From Candidatus Blochmanniella floridana (GTDB lineage Bacteria > Pseudomonadota > Gammaproteobacteria > Enterobacterales > Enterobacteriaceae): a DNA stretch of 32,000 bases. A model generated the notes under the pieces. The model ran no database searches, was not told where the DNA came from, and was given only the letters and a program-made list of their open reading frames with translations. This document shows positions 8,862-18,991 of this stretch, one piece after another. The stretch lies in NCBI GenBank assembly GCA_000043285.1, contig BX248583.1, positions 240,001-272,000 on the forward strand, read 5' to 3'. The first letter of the stretch is position 1. The number at the start of each line of letters is the position of its first letter. The position numbers were made by a program, and so were the translations under genes.

Positions 8862-9998
8862 ATGATAAAAGATAAGCTTTGTGATAATGATTTGATATAT
8901 TTATCTAGAGCATTTCGATTAGCTCGTAAGGGTCGTTTTACGACCATGCCTAATCCTAATGTAGGGTGTGTTATTGTAAAAGAAAATAAAGTGATAGGAG
9001 AAGGTTATCATATACGGGCTGGGGAGGATCATGCTGAAATACATGCATTACGTATTGCTGGAGATTCTGCACGGGGAGCTACTGTTTACGTCACATTGGA
9101 ACCATGTAGTCATTATGGTCGTACTCCACCTTGTACTACTGCTTTGATAAATTCAGGAATTAAATGCGTTGTGATTTCTATGCTAGATCCTGACCCTGAA
9201 ATAAAGGGTCGTGGGGTACGGTTATTACAAGAATCAGGAATTTTAGTAAGGCATAGCCTGATGTTATCTGAAGCTGAACATATAAATAAGGGATTTATTA
9301 AACGTATACGTACTGGTATGCCATGGATTAAAGTAAAATTAGCTGCGTCTTTGGATGGACGAACCGCTATGAAAACCGGTGAGAGTAAATGGATTACTTC
9401 TGTGCAATCACGTCAAGATGTACAATGTTTTAGAGCAGAAAGTGATGTAATTTTGTCTACTGCTACAACTATATTGATAGATAACCCTCATTTAAATGTT
9501 CGATGGTCATTTTTTCCAAAAAATATACAATTAAAGTATTGTAGAGAACATATTAGACAACCGTTGAGAGTAATTATAGATAGTGCTAATCGTGTTTTAC
9601 CTACTCATCGTTTTATACAAAATTCAGGAAAAGTTATTTTAGTGAGATTAAAAAAAGATAATTTGAATTGGCCTGAATCAGTAGAACAGTTGTTAGCTCC
9701 AGAAATAAATTTAGTTGGTAGTTATCAAATTAATTTAGAAGCGTTGATGAAATATTTGGGGTATGTTCGAAAAATTAATAATGTTTGGGTAGAGGCAGGT
9801 CCAACGCTATCAGGATCTTTATTAGATATTGGTTTGGTAGATGAATTGATTTTATATCAGTCCATAAAATTTTTGGGATCGAATGCTAAACCTTTATGTT
9901 TTTTGCCTAATATTGATAATTTAAAAGATGTTAAGACTTTTAAATTACTTAATATTAAAAATATTGGGCCTGATATACGTTTAACGTTAAAACCATAA
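8862..9998 (+). CDS. ribD: Bifunctional riboflavin biosynthesis protein RibD (pyrimidine deaminase / uracil reductase)
   Basis: 378 aa. It has the CDA-type zinc motif HAEIHAL ... TLEPCSHYGRTPPC followed by a reductase domain (KLAASLDGRTA). Confidence 0.95.
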   Translation: MIKDKLCDNDLIYLSRAFRLARKGRFTTMPNPNVGCVIVKENKVIGEGYHIRAGEDHAEIHALRIAGDSARGATVYVTLEPCSHYGRTPPCTTALINSGIKCVVISMLDPDPEIKGRGVRLLQESGILVRHSLMLSEAEHINKGFIKRIRTGMPWIKVKLAASLDGRTAMKTGESKWITSVQSRQDVQCFRAESDVILSTATTILIDNPHLNVRWSFFPKNIQLKYCREHIRQPLRVIIDSANRVLPTHRFIQNSGKVILVRLKKDNLNWPESVEQLLAPEINLVGSYQINLEALMKYLGYVRKINNVWVEAGPTLSGSLLDIGLVDELILYQSIKFLGSNAKPLCFLPNIDNLKDVKTFKLLNIKNIGPDIRLTLKP

Positions 9999-10135
9999 TT
10001 TTTTGAGATGTTTTACATTGATGTAAGAATACTGTTTTTAAAATTTGACGGTTTTTTAAAAAAATATATGAAATATGGTATTTTTGTATAATGTGTTGAA
10101 ATATATGTTTAAATTGATAATAACGGGATTAGTTT

Positions 10136-10615
10136 ATGGATGTCATTGAAGGTAATACTGTTGTTTCTAATATAACAAAAATAGTAGTTGTTGTTGCAAG
10201 ATTTAATAAGGCTATTAATAATCATTTACTTGAAGGAACGATAGATACCTTAAAACGTGTTGGTCAGGTACAAGATGAGAATATTACTATAGTGTGGGTA
10301 CCAGGGGCTTATGAATTGCCGTTAGTATCACAAGCTTTGTCTATAAGTAATAAATATGATGCGATAATAGTTTTAGGGACGATAATTAGAGGGATAACCG
10401 AGCATTTTGAGTTTATTTATAAATCATGTAATTTTGGATTGTCTAATATTTCTATTAGTAATTTAGTTCCTATTGGATTAGGTTTGTTGGTTACTAATGA
10501 TATAGGCCAAGCTGTAGAACGAATAGGAATTAAGGGTAATAATAAAGGTAGTGAAGCTGCTTTAGCAGCTTTAGAAATGATTAATATATTGAAAACTATT
10601 AAAAATAATAATTAG
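10136..10615 (+). CDS. ribH: 6,7-dimethyl-8-ribityllumazine synthase
   Basis: 159 aa, collinear with E. coli RibE/RibH (ARFN, ITIVWVPGAYELP, NKGSEAALAALEMIN). Confidence 0.95.
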   Translation: MDVIEGNTVVSNITKIVVVVARFNKAINNHLLEGTIDTLKRVGQVQDENITIVWVPGAYELPLVSQALSISNKYDAIIVLGTIIRGITEHFEFIYKSCNFGLSNISISNLVPIGLGLLVTNDIGQAVERIGIKGNNKGSEAALAALEMINILKTIKNNN

Positions 10616-10639
10616 TAATATATGGGATGAATTAGTTAT

Positions 10640-11056
10640 GTGAAATCAATAACTCGTCGATTTGCTCGTTTATGTGCATTACAAGCATTGTATGCTTGGC
10701 AATTATCTAAAAATGATTATACAATGATTAGTAATTATGTTATAAAAATTCAAAATATTCAGAATTTTAATATTTCTTATTTTCTGACGTTATATATTGG
10801 AGTAATACATACAATTAAAGAGTTAAATACGTTGATGATTCCTTATTTATCTCGGGGATTAAAAGCAATAGATTATATAGAATATTCAGTATTATTGATC
10901 GCTTTGTTTGAATTAACTCAATGTTGTGATGTTCCATATAAAGTGGTAATTAATGAGGCTATTGAATTAGCAAAAATATTTGGATCTGAAAAGAGTCATA
11001 AATTTATTAATGGAGTATTGGATAAAATAATAACAGAAAAATTATATAAGGGATAA
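10640..11056 (+). CDS. nusB: Transcription antitermination factor NusB (GTG start)
   Basis: 138 aa. [23 protein letters not shown] parallels E. coli [42 protein letters not shown] and [11 protein letters not shown] are conserved. The frame opens on GTG at 10640; the nearby ATG at 10638 is out of frame. Confidence 0.9.
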   Translation: MKSITRRFARLCALQALYAWQLSKNDYTMISNYVIKIQNIQNFNISYFLTLYIGVIHTIKELNTLMIPYLSRGLKAIDYIEYSVLLIALFELTQCCDVPYKVVINEAIELAKIFGSEKSHKFINGVLDKIITEKLYKG

Positions 11057-11084
11057 ATTAGTATATGAATAATATATCATACAT

Positions 11085-11570
11085 ATGATAAATGTGATTA
11101 ATAGTTTAAGTTTATTTAAATTATGGTATTTTCTTGCAACTGGATTCGGTATAGGAAAAAAATTTAGTTTTATTCCTGTAGGAACAGTAGCATCTCTAGT
11201 AGCTATTCCTATTTGGTGGGGGTTAGTTTATTTTTTGTCTTATCAAATATATTTTATATTTTTAATATTTAGTATAGTAATAGGAATTTATTTGTGTGAA
11301 AAGATAAATTCTTATATTGGAATGCATGATCATCAATCAATTGTGTGGGATGAGTTTGTTGGGATGTGGGTAACTTTGACTGTTATTCCAGAATGTAGTT
11401 GGTTTTGGATAGTTGTTGCATTTTTATTATTTAGGATATTAGATATTGTAAAGCCTTGGCCAATTTCATGGTGTGATAAATCAATAGCAGGTGGGTTTGG
11501 AATTATTATGGATGATATATTAGCAGGAGTTGTATCTATATATGTGATTTTATTTGTTATGTCAATATAA
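11085..11570 (+). CDS. pgpA: Phosphatidylglycerophosphatase A
   Basis: 161 aa, collinear with E. coli PgpA (GFGIG, HDHQSIVWDEFVGMW, FRILDIVKPWPI, MDDILAGV). Confidence 0.92.
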   Translation: MINVINSLSLFKLWYFLATGFGIGKKFSFIPVGTVASLVAIPIWWGLVYFLSYQIYFIFLIFSIVIGIYLCEKINSYIGMHDHQSIVWDEFVGMWVTLTVIPECSWFWIVVAFLLFRILDIVKPWPISWCDKSIAGGFGIIMDDILAGVVSIYVILFVMSI

Positions 11571-11625
11571 CCTTAAATGAAATAATATTATGATGACATA
11601 TGAAAGGATTGTTGGTCTAAAGTAT

Positions 11626-13479
11626 TTAGATTTTTATCCATCTAACAATTTTTTTATAAATTCCTTGACTATCAAGCCCTAGTTCAGATAGCATTTCTCT
11701 TTGTGCTCCTTGAGGAATAAAAAAATCAGGAAGACCGATATTGAGAGTAGGAATTAACAATTTATTTTGTACAAGAAATTCATTTACTCCACTTCCTGCT
11801 CCTCCTATAATAGAATTTTCTTCTAAAGTAATAAAAGCTTGATGATTTTCAGTAAGTTTTTTTATTAACATTTCATCTAATGGTTTAACAAATCTCATAT
11901 CTACTAATGTGGCATTTAGTTGTAATGCAACATTATAAGCAGGTTTTAATAAAGTTCCAAAATTGAGAATAGCAATATGTTGTCCTTGATGATGTATGAT
12001 GCCCTTGCTTAAGGGAATAGAATATAGTGATGTGGTATTATTGTATGGATATAGTATATTATTAGTGGCGCATCCTTTAGGATAACGTACAACGCTAGGT
12101 CCATATTGATAATGATATCCTGTATGTAACATTAGTTTACATTCATATGCGTTGCTTGGAGTCATAATTATTAAATTGGGAATACAACGTAAATAAGATA
12201 AATCAAAAGCACCTTGATGAGTTTCTCCATCTGATCCTACAATGCCCCCTCGATCTACAGCAAATAATACTGGTAATTTTTGAATAGCTATATCGTGAAT
12301 GATTTGATCATATGCACGTTGTAAAAATGTTGAATAAATAGCTACTACTGGTTTATATCCTGCGATTGCTAATCCGGCAGAGAAAGTTACAGCATGTTGT
12401 TCAGCAATAGCTACATCAAAATATTGTTTTGGATATTTTTGAGCAAATTTATTCATACCAGAACCTTCACGCATTGCTGGTGTAATACCTATAATTTTAT
12501 TATCATGCATTGCAGTTTGACATAACCAATCTCCAAAGATTTTAGAGTATGTGGTATATTTGATATTTTTGTTTGTTGATAAAATTCCGCTTTTAAGATT
12601 AAATTTGGGCACTGCATGCCATTTTATGGGATCTTTTTCTGCAGGTTTATATCCATAACCTTTTTTAGTAATAACATGTAGAAATTGAGGACCTGTTTTT
12701 GTGTTACGTATATTTTTTAAATTATGTATTAATGTTAATATATTGTGTCCGTCTATAGGACCTGTGCAGTTAAAACCCAGATTCGAAAATAATGCAATTG
12801 CAGTACTTGTGTTTTTATTTTTATTATAAATGTTACTGTTTATTATTTTTTTTATATCAGATGTGATATTGGTATATTTTTTTTGTTGTGGACACTGCGT
12901 ATGTAGTGCACCTACATTTTCTGAAATAGACATATTATTATCGTTTAGGATAATTAATAAATTAGATTTTATTGTTCCAGCATGATTTATGGCTTCAAAA
13001 GCCATTCCAGCAGTTAAAGCTCCATCCCCTATTATACATACTGTACGTCTATTTAATTTTTCTCTTTCTGAAGCTATAGCCAGTCCTAATCCTGCACTAA
13101 TTGAGGTAGAAGAATGTCCTACCGATAATACATCATATTTGCTTTCATTTCGGCAAGGAAATGAGTGTAATCCATGACGTTGTCGAATACTATAAATACG
13201 ATTTTTTCGGCCTGTAAGAATTTTATGAGGATATGCTTGATGTCCTACGTCCCAAATTAAGTGATCAAAAGGAGTATTATATACATAATGTAACGCTACG
13301 GTAAGTTCTATAGTTCCTAATCCTGATGCAAAATGGCCACTAGACTTACTTACACTATTTAACAGGAATAAGCGCAATTCGCTACATAGCGTTTGGAGTT
13401 TATTTTCTGTTAGTTGTCGTAATTCTGTAGGAGTATCAATTAACTCCAGTATAGAATATTTATTCAGTTTCAAACTCAT
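11626..13479 (-). CDS. dxs: 1-deoxy-D-xylulose-5-phosphate synthase
   Basis: 617 aa. It has the TPP motif [13 protein letters not shown]...NDN, plus [22 protein letters not shown] and [18 protein letters not shown]. Confidence 0.96.
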   Translation of the reverse strand: MSLKLNKYSILELIDTPTELRQLTENKLQTLCSELRLFLLNSVSKSSGHFASGLGTIELTVALHYVYNTPFDHLIWDVGHQAYPHKILTGRKNRIYSIRQRHGLHSFPCRNESKYDVLSVGHSSTSISAGLGLAIASEREKLNRRTVCIIGDGALTAGMAFEAINHAGTIKSNLLIILNDNNMSISENVGALHTQCPQQKKYTNITSDIKKIINSNIYNKNKNTSTAIALFSNLGFNCTGPIDGHNILTLIHNLKNIRNTKTGPQFLHVITKKGYGYKPAEKDPIKWHAVPKFNLKSGILSTNKNIKYTTYSKIFGDWLCQTAMHDNKIIGITPAMREGSGMNKFAQKYPKQYFDVAIAEQHAVTFSAGLAIAGYKPVVAIYSTFLQRAYDQIIHDIAIQKLPVLFAVDRGGIVGSDGETHQGAFDLSYLRCIPNLIIMTPSNAYECKLMLHTGYHYQYGPSVVRYPKGCATNNILYPYNNTTSLYSIPLSKGIIHHQGQHIAILNFGTLLKPAYNVALQLNATLVDMRFVKPLDEMLIKKLTENHQAFITLEENSIIGGAGSGVNEFLVQNKLLIPTLNIGLPDFFIPQGAQREMLSELGLDSQGIYKKIVRWIKI

Positions 13480-14256
13480 ATAAATTTATTTTATATAAGT
13501 AAAATCAACATTTATATATAATGTATTTAAAATAGAAATAATACTTGTATTATATCTTAAATTTTTTATATATTTTAAGTATTCTGATAATTTATATGTA
13601 AAGGTTGAGCATGAATTTTATTGTTGTATCTAATTTTTAAAGGATATTATTATAATAATTAAAACTAGTGTTAATCAATACATGGAATAAATATACTAGT
13701 TATTTATAGTTATAAACAATTGAATCAGAGTATTATTTATATGTAAGCATGTAGTTTTAAATTTGGAATAGTTAATGTTTAATTATTTATGATTTTTTTA
13801 AAGTATAATTTTAAATTTATATGTGTTTTATTTGGAGTTTGAATAATGAGAATGAAATCGTCTTAATTCGATTTCATGATTATAGAAGAAATTGCATATA
13901 TAAAATTTACTAAATCATTGCTTCAGTTTATATAATTATTGATATGAATATTAATAGATTTTTGTATGTAATGTGATTTTCAAGATATATACAGTATGGG
14001 TTATTGTGGTAGTGAAAATTTATACCTTATACATGATTATAAATATAGATATGTTAAATTATGGTCTATAAAATTTTAATTGAAGTAGATTTGATTATAA
14101 TAAATTTATTTGTTTGTAGTGTTATATTAAGGATTATGGTAAAGAAAATTTGAATAACTGTATTATGTAGATTGTTAATATAATATTTGTTATCGAATTT
14201 GATATATATAGTATTATAAATTAATAAAATTATTTCAATTTTGCAAATATTAATTT

Positions 14257-15735
14257 ATGAATATAATTATTAAGTTTTCTCCTGAAATTATAATAAAGAG
14301 TAAGTCTGTACGAATTTTTTTCATAAAAGTTCTTGTTAAAAATATTCAAATTATTTTAAAAAAACATAATATATTAGTTGCAGTAGTACGTTATTGGGAT
14401 TATCTTGAAATAAAGTGCGAAGATAGTAGTTACTTAAAAATTTCTAAAGTATTAGTTAATGTACCGGGTATTCATCATTTTTTATATGTTCAAGATAGTA
14501 CAGTTTTTTCTTTAGAGGATATTTATCATCAAATTATGTTGGCGAATTGTTGTTCTCGATTATCAGGAAAAACTTTTTGTGTTAGAGTAAAGCGATATGG
14601 AAATCATATTGTTACTTCTCAAGATATTGAACGATATTTGGGTAATAAAATTAATTGTGTTATACAAAATGTACGTGTGAATTTGATTAATCCAGATAAA
14701 ATTATATATTTAGAAATTAAAAATAATCGTTTATTTATAATTGTGAAACGTTATAAAGGATTAGGAGGATTTCCTATTGGTACACAACGAGAGTGTTTAT
14801 CGTTAGTGTCTGGAGGATTTGATTCTGTTGTTTCTAGTTATATGTTAATTCGTCGTGGATGTAAGGTACATTATTGTTTTTTCAATCTCATTGGTGATAT
14901 TAATCATACAATAGAAGTTTATAAAATTGTTTACTATTTATGGAAAAAATTTAGTTATTCTCATAATGTTAAATTTATTTGTGTTAATTTTTCACATGTG
15001 GTTAAGGAATTATTTGTGAAAATACAACCTAACTATGTAGGAATAGTATTGAAGCGATTAATGATTCAGGCTGCATCTTCTATAGCTACTTGTAGAAATA
15101 TTCAGGTATTATCTACAGGAGAAGTATTAGGACAAGTATCTAGTCAAACGTTAGATAACTTAATTTTAATCAATAATATGGTGTCTTTTAATTGTATGAT
15201 ATTAAGGCCATTAATAGCTTATGATAAAGAATCAATTATTGAATTGTCTCGTAAAATAGGTACAGAAGCATTATCCAGAACTATTCCAGAATTTTGTGGT
15301 ATGATTGTAAAAAAATCTAGTACAAAAGTGAGTAAAAAACATATTGAATGGGAAGAAAGTTTTTTAAATTCTTTAATTTTTCAGAAAACTATAGATCAGG
15401 CACATATAATTAATGTATATGATATTTCGAAATTTATATCAAATCAAAGATCATGTTTTTTTGATATAGAAACTAAGACTAAATTAGATTCTCAAGATAT
15501 AATTTTAGATATACGCACAGATTATGAGCAAAAGAAAAATCCGATTCATGTTCCATGTAATGTTCAGGTACAGAAAATACCATTTTATAATTTGATAGAA
15601 TGTTTTCCTAATTTAGATCAAAGTAAAGTGTATGTATTATATTGTGATTATGGTGTAATGAGTCGATTACAAGCAGTACATTTATATCAACAAGGATTTC
15701 GTAATGTCAAAGTATATCGGCTTATTTCGAATTAA
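14257..15735 (+). CDS. thiI: tRNA 4-thiouridine synthase / sulfur carrier ThiI with C-terminal rhodanese domain
   Basis: 492 aa, collinear with E. coli ThiI. It has a THUMP region, the PP-loop SGGFDSVVS, GQVSSQT, and the rhodanese Cys in LYCDYGVMSR. Confidence 0.94.
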   Translation: MNIIIKFSPEIIIKSKSVRIFFIKVLVKNIQIILKKHNILVAVVRYWDYLEIKCEDSSYLKISKVLVNVPGIHHFLYVQDSTVFSLEDIYHQIMLANCCSRLSGKTFCVRVKRYGNHIVTSQDIERYLGNKINCVIQNVRVNLINPDKIIYLEIKNNRLFIIVKRYKGLGGFPIGTQRECLSLVSGGFDSVVSSYMLIRRGCKVHYCFFNLIGDINHTIEVYKIVYYLWKKFSYSHNVKFICVNFSHVVKELFVKIQPNYVGIVLKRLMIQAASSIATCRNIQVLSTGEVLGQVSSQTLDNLILINNMVSFNCMILRPLIAYDKESIIELSRKIGTEALSRTIPEFCGMIVKKSSTKVSKKHIEWEESFLNSLIFQKTIDQAHIINVYDISKFISNQRSCFFDIETKTKLDSQDIILDIRTDYEQKKNPIHVPCNVQVQKIPFYNLIECFPNLDQSKVYVLYCDYGVMSRLQAVHLYQQGFRNVKVYRLISN

Positions 15736-15830
15736 ATACTGTATCGTTATTATATTAAATGGCGTATATAGTGATAATATATTTTTATATTTATATCATA
15801 GCTTTAAAAATAAATAATCATATCGTGTAA

Positions 15831-15915
15831 CATTAATATATTGATAAATACTAAATTACAGCAACCATATTATTAATATGGTTGCTGTAATTTAGTATTT
15901 ATCAATATATTAATG
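15831..15915. terminator. 85-bp perfect palindrome (40-bp arms, 41-bp stem) between convergent thiI and yajR. The right arm is the yajR 3' coding end and the stop codon is at the apex. Candidate bidirectional terminator.
   Basis: 15831-15870 is the exact reverse complement of 15876-15915, with 40 of 40 positions verified one at a time. The yajR stop TAA is the complement of 15873-15875. Confidence 0.5.
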
Positions 15916-17057
15916 GCGGTTAATAATAATATGAATAAAAAAACCAGCCATATATCTTGTATTTCTAATAAAAATCCACCGACTATTCCTCCTAATCCTA
16001 CTCCTAAAAATTGGCCAATAGAATAAATACTTATGGATGTTCCTTTATATTGGGTAGGTGATGTTTTATTGATTAAATAAGGTAAAATTGATTCTATTAA
16101 ATTAAATGATACGAAAAATAATTGCATAGAAAATAAAAATAACCAAAAATTATGTATAGTAATAAACATGATTAGTTCAGATAAAAATAAAATATTTACA
16201 GCAATAATTAACATTTTTTTCCTATGTTTTTTTATGTGAGATAAAAAAATACATGGAAATGAAATAAATATAGAAGTTAATATTACAGCAGCATAAATTT
16301 TATAATGTACATTATATAAATAACCTAGATTAGTGATTATTTTTGGCCAAATTAAAAAATTTAATATTAATACTGTGTGTAAACAAAAAATATGAAAATT
16401 TAATTTAAGTAATTCTGAATGTGTAATGATTAATTTAATATCATTAAATATTTTAAATAAATTTATATTTTTATCTATACAAGAATGTGTTGTGGGTATT
16501 GTAAAATGTACTAACAATATAGTTAATATCGTGATTATAGTAATAATATGAAATAATCCATGAAATCCAAATTTATTCGCTATAAAAGGTCCTGCAATTA
16601 TTGATCCTATAAAGGTAATTCCAAAACTGATGCCGACTATAGCCATAGCTTGCATATGATGTTTTTCTTGTATAGATTCTAATAATAATGCTATTAATAC
16701 ACTTCCAATTGCACTTAATCCTTGTAGCGCTCGACCTATAATAAGACTCCAAATTTCATGTGCTATTGCTATTAGCTCATTGCCTATAACTGATATTATT
16801 AATCCAATGATTACAATGGGTTTTCGCCCAATTTTATCGGATATCAAGCCAAAGGGTAATTGAAAAATTATTTGGGTAATACCGTATATTCCAATAGATA
16901 TGCCTATTAAATATTCACATGATCCTTGTAAAGATTTTGCATACACAGGTAATATTGGTAAAGCCATAAATATCCCTGACATGCGTAATATAAATATTAT
17001 ATTTAATGTTAATATTAACGGAAATTTTGTATGAGATATCTTAACGTTATTATGCAT
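15873..17057 (-). CDS. yajR: MFS transporter, YajR family, lacking the C-terminal cytoplasmic (YAM) domain
   Basis: 394 aa, about 12 TM segments. MFS motif A is GLISDKIGRKP. It is collinear with E. coli YajR up to ...TKLQQPY (E. coli ...TMKEPPY), where it stops. It sits next to cyoE, as in E. coli. Confidence 0.85.
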   Translation of the reverse strand: MHNNVKISHTKFPLILTLNIIFILRMSGIFMALPILPVYAKSLQGSCEYLIGISIGIYGITQIIFQLPFGLISDKIGRKPIVIIGLIISVIGNELIAIAHEIWSLIIGRALQGLSAIGSVLIALLLESIQEKHHMQAMAIVGISFGITFIGSIIAGPFIANKFGFHGLFHIITIITILTILLVHFTIPTTHSCIDKNINLFKIFNDIKLIITHSELLKLNFHIFCLHTVLILNFLIWPKIITNLGYLYNVHYKIYAAVILTSIFISFPCIFLSHIKKHRKKMLIIAVNILFLSELIMFITIHNFWLFLFSMQLFFVSFNLIESILPYLINKTSPTQYKGTSISIYSIGQFLGVGLGGIVGGFLLEIQDIWLVFLFILLLTAINILINTKLQQPY

Positions 17058-17181
17058 AATATGTCATGATTACAGAATCTTTAATTATATTTAAGTTTGA
17101 TTTTAGATATTTAATATATACGATATTATATATCGTAATGATATATTATTTTAATATATAAATGAATAACATTATTTATTG

Positions 17182-18063
17182 TTAATAAAAAATAAAAATA
17201 GAATCTAGTGATAATAATACATTCAATGATGTTATTATAACGATGGATAAGATAAACATTTTTTTTGCCCATTTTAAATCATTATCTAATTGTTTATATT
17301 GATACCATCCTGTATATAACCAAAATATGCTCATGATACTAATTATATATAAAAATGTATAACTGGTGTATCCGAGTACAGTCAATGATATGTTAGCTAA
17401 AGTAAAAATTAAAATACATAATATCATATGTATTCTAGTTAATTTGATACCTTTTTTTATATTAAAGGTTGGAATTGAAGCTTTTTTATAGTCTTGGGAT
17501 CGAAAAATAGTAATAGAGTAAGAATGGGGAATTTGCCAAAAACTAAAAGCAATGAATAATAACCAAGCTCCTGTATCTAATGTATGAGATACAGTGCAGT
17601 ATCCAATGATTGGAGGCATAGATCCAGATATACTGCCAATAATTGTACTATAAATTGATTTTCGTTTCATCCATAGACTATATATTCCAATATATACAAG
17701 GAATCCAATCATTGTTAATAGTATTGTAAGAAGATTTTTTGTCAATCCTAAAAATAAAAACCCTAATGTATTTAAAATAATAGCATATATAATGCTATTT
17801 TTTACAAAACATGAATTTATGTTTTTAGCTAATACTCTATTTTTAGTTCTATCCATGATAGCATCAATATCACGATCAATAATATTATTTAACACACAAC
17901 TAGAGGCGATTACTAACGTGGTTCCTAGAATCATATACATTAAAATAATATAATTAATATGATGTTCGTGATGAGTGGCTAACAAAAAACCAGATATAGC
18001 AGATATAATATTTCCTAAAACAATACCTGGTTTAATCAAGTCAAAGTAATATTGTATAGTCAT
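17182..18063 (-). CDS. cyoE: Protoheme IX farnesyltransferase (heme O synthase)
   Basis: 293 aa, UbiA-family motif NNIIDRDIDAIMDRTKNR, collinear with E. coli CyoE. Confidence 0.95.
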   Translation of the reverse strand: MTIQYYFDLIKPGIVLGNIISAISGFLLATHHEHHINYIILMYMILGTTLVIASSCVLNNIIDRDIDAIMDRTKNRVLAKNINSCFVKNSIIYAIILNTLGFLFLGLTKNLLTILLTMIGFLVYIGIYSLWMKRKSIYSTIIGSISGSMPPIIGYCTVSHTLDTGAWLLFIAFSFWQIPHSYSITIFRSQDYKKASIPTFNIKKGIKLTRIHMILCILIFTLANISLTVLGYTSYTFLYIISIMSIFWLYTGWYQYKQLDNDLKWAKKMFILSIVIITSLNVLLSLDSIFIFY

Positions 18064-18093
18064 AATATATTATATATGTTATTATTTTATGTG

Positions 18094-18396
18094 TTAACTC
18101 ATTAAATTATGATGTAAATGTGTCATAATCCATATACTACCTGTTATGAGAATTAACACAATAAATGTTGTAAATATTAGTGATATTACATTCCACATTT
18201 GATTAGATATTTGATTTAAATGTAAAAAGTAAATCAAATGAATATAAATTTGCGTGATGGCACAAAATATTACTATAATATATGATGTTTGTTGTTCAAA
18301 ACAATTGTGTTGAATTATATAAAATGGAATAATTGTAAAAATTAAAGATAATATAAATCCAATGCAATAATGTTTAATGTGGATATTGGTCTTCAT
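18094..18396 (-). CDS. cyoD: Cytochrome bo3 ubiquinol oxidase subunit IV
   Basis: 100 aa, three TM segments. Its position between cyoC and cyoE is as in E. coli. Confidence 0.88.
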   Translation of the reverse strand: MKTNIHIKHYCIGFILSLIFTIIPFYIIQHNCFEQQTSYIIVIFCAITQIYIHLIYFLHLNQISNQMWNVISLIFTTFIVLILITGSIWIMTHLHHNLMS

Positions 18397-18400
18397 ATAA

Positions 18401-18991
18401 TTAAAGTACTCCTATTAAATATACTTCTGTAAATACGCAGATCCAGATAATATCAAGAAAATGCCAAAATAAACTAAAGCAGTGTAATCGTATTAAATTT
18501 TGTTGAGTTAAGCCTGTCATGATTAAATGTATAGTCATAATAATAATCCAAATCAATCCTGTGATTACATGAATTCCGTGTGTTCCTATTAATACAAAAA
18601 AAGATGAAAAAAATGCATTTCGACTTGGATTATATTTATTAGCAATTAAATGGTGAAATTCGTATATTTCCATGCTAATAAAACCTAGCCCCAATAATAA
18701 CGTTAAAATCATCCATTGCAGTGTTTTTTTAGGGTTCGTTATGTTTGCATATATCATGCTAGTACTACAGGTTATACTACTAAGTAATAATAGTATTGTT
18801 TCTGTAAAAACAAAAGTTAATTTAAAAATATTGTTACTGATTAATAAATCTTTTTGAAAATTTGTGCTGAGTACTGCATGCATAGCAAATAAGCTAGCAA
18901 ACAATATACAATCACTCATGATATATAACCAAAATCCGAATATTGTTGTGTTGTTAGTATTTAATTTGATATTTTTATTTATTGTATGCAT
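18401..18991 (-). CDS. cyoC: Cytochrome bo3 ubiquinol oxidase subunit III
   Basis: 196 aa, collinear with E. coli CyoC ([45 protein letters not shown]). It overlaps the cyoB 3' end by 17 nt. Confidence 0.94.
   Translation of the reverse strand: MHTINKNIKLNTNNTTIFGFWLYIMSDCILFASLFAMHAVLSTNFQKDLLISNNIFKLTFVFTETILLLLSSITCSTSMIYANITNPKKTLQWMILTLLLGLGFISMEIYEFHHLIANKYNPSRNAFFSSFFVLIGTHGIHVITGLIWIIIMTIHLIMTGLTQQNLIRLHCFSLFWHFLDIIWICVFTEVYLIGVL

Noticed and set aside
8862-9300. Noticeably higher GC (about 37-43% in sampled 60-nt stretches) in the ribD deaminase domain; considered as horizontal acquisition
   Set aside because: The 3' part of the same gene drops to about 15% GC. Other highly conserved genes such as metK and cyoB show similar local GC peaks at Gly/Ala/Pro/Arg-rich motifs. 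This reflects amino-acid constraint, not foreign origin, and ribD is in its ancestral syntenic position.
12989-13177. 62-aa ORF on the + strand
   Set aside because: It is antisense to and nested inside dxs, and has no independent support.
13834-13877. GGAG, then 8 nt, then the mini-ORF ATG-MRMKSS-TAA (13846-13866), whose stop lies in the loop of a perfect 9-bp hairpin (atgaaatcg/cgatttcat, 13852-13877). This is the same stop-in-loop layout as the large palindromes. I considered a leader peptide/attenuator or a fossil gene end.
   Set aside because: By my rough estimate, about one 9-bp perfect inverted repeat is expected by chance in a 777-bp spacer of this composition. The next + strand gene (thiI) is 380 bp away. 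No ancestral + strand gene is known at this position. It is worth a glance in RNA-seq data but is not supportable from sequence alone.
17119-17137. 8-bp hairpin tacgatat-tat-atatcgta downstream of cyoE, plus a similar weak 13-bp all-A/T stem at 28326-28363 downstream of metK; considered as terminators
   Set aside because: The stems are short and A/T-rich, at chance frequency for this composition, and no U-tracts follow. They were not annotated.
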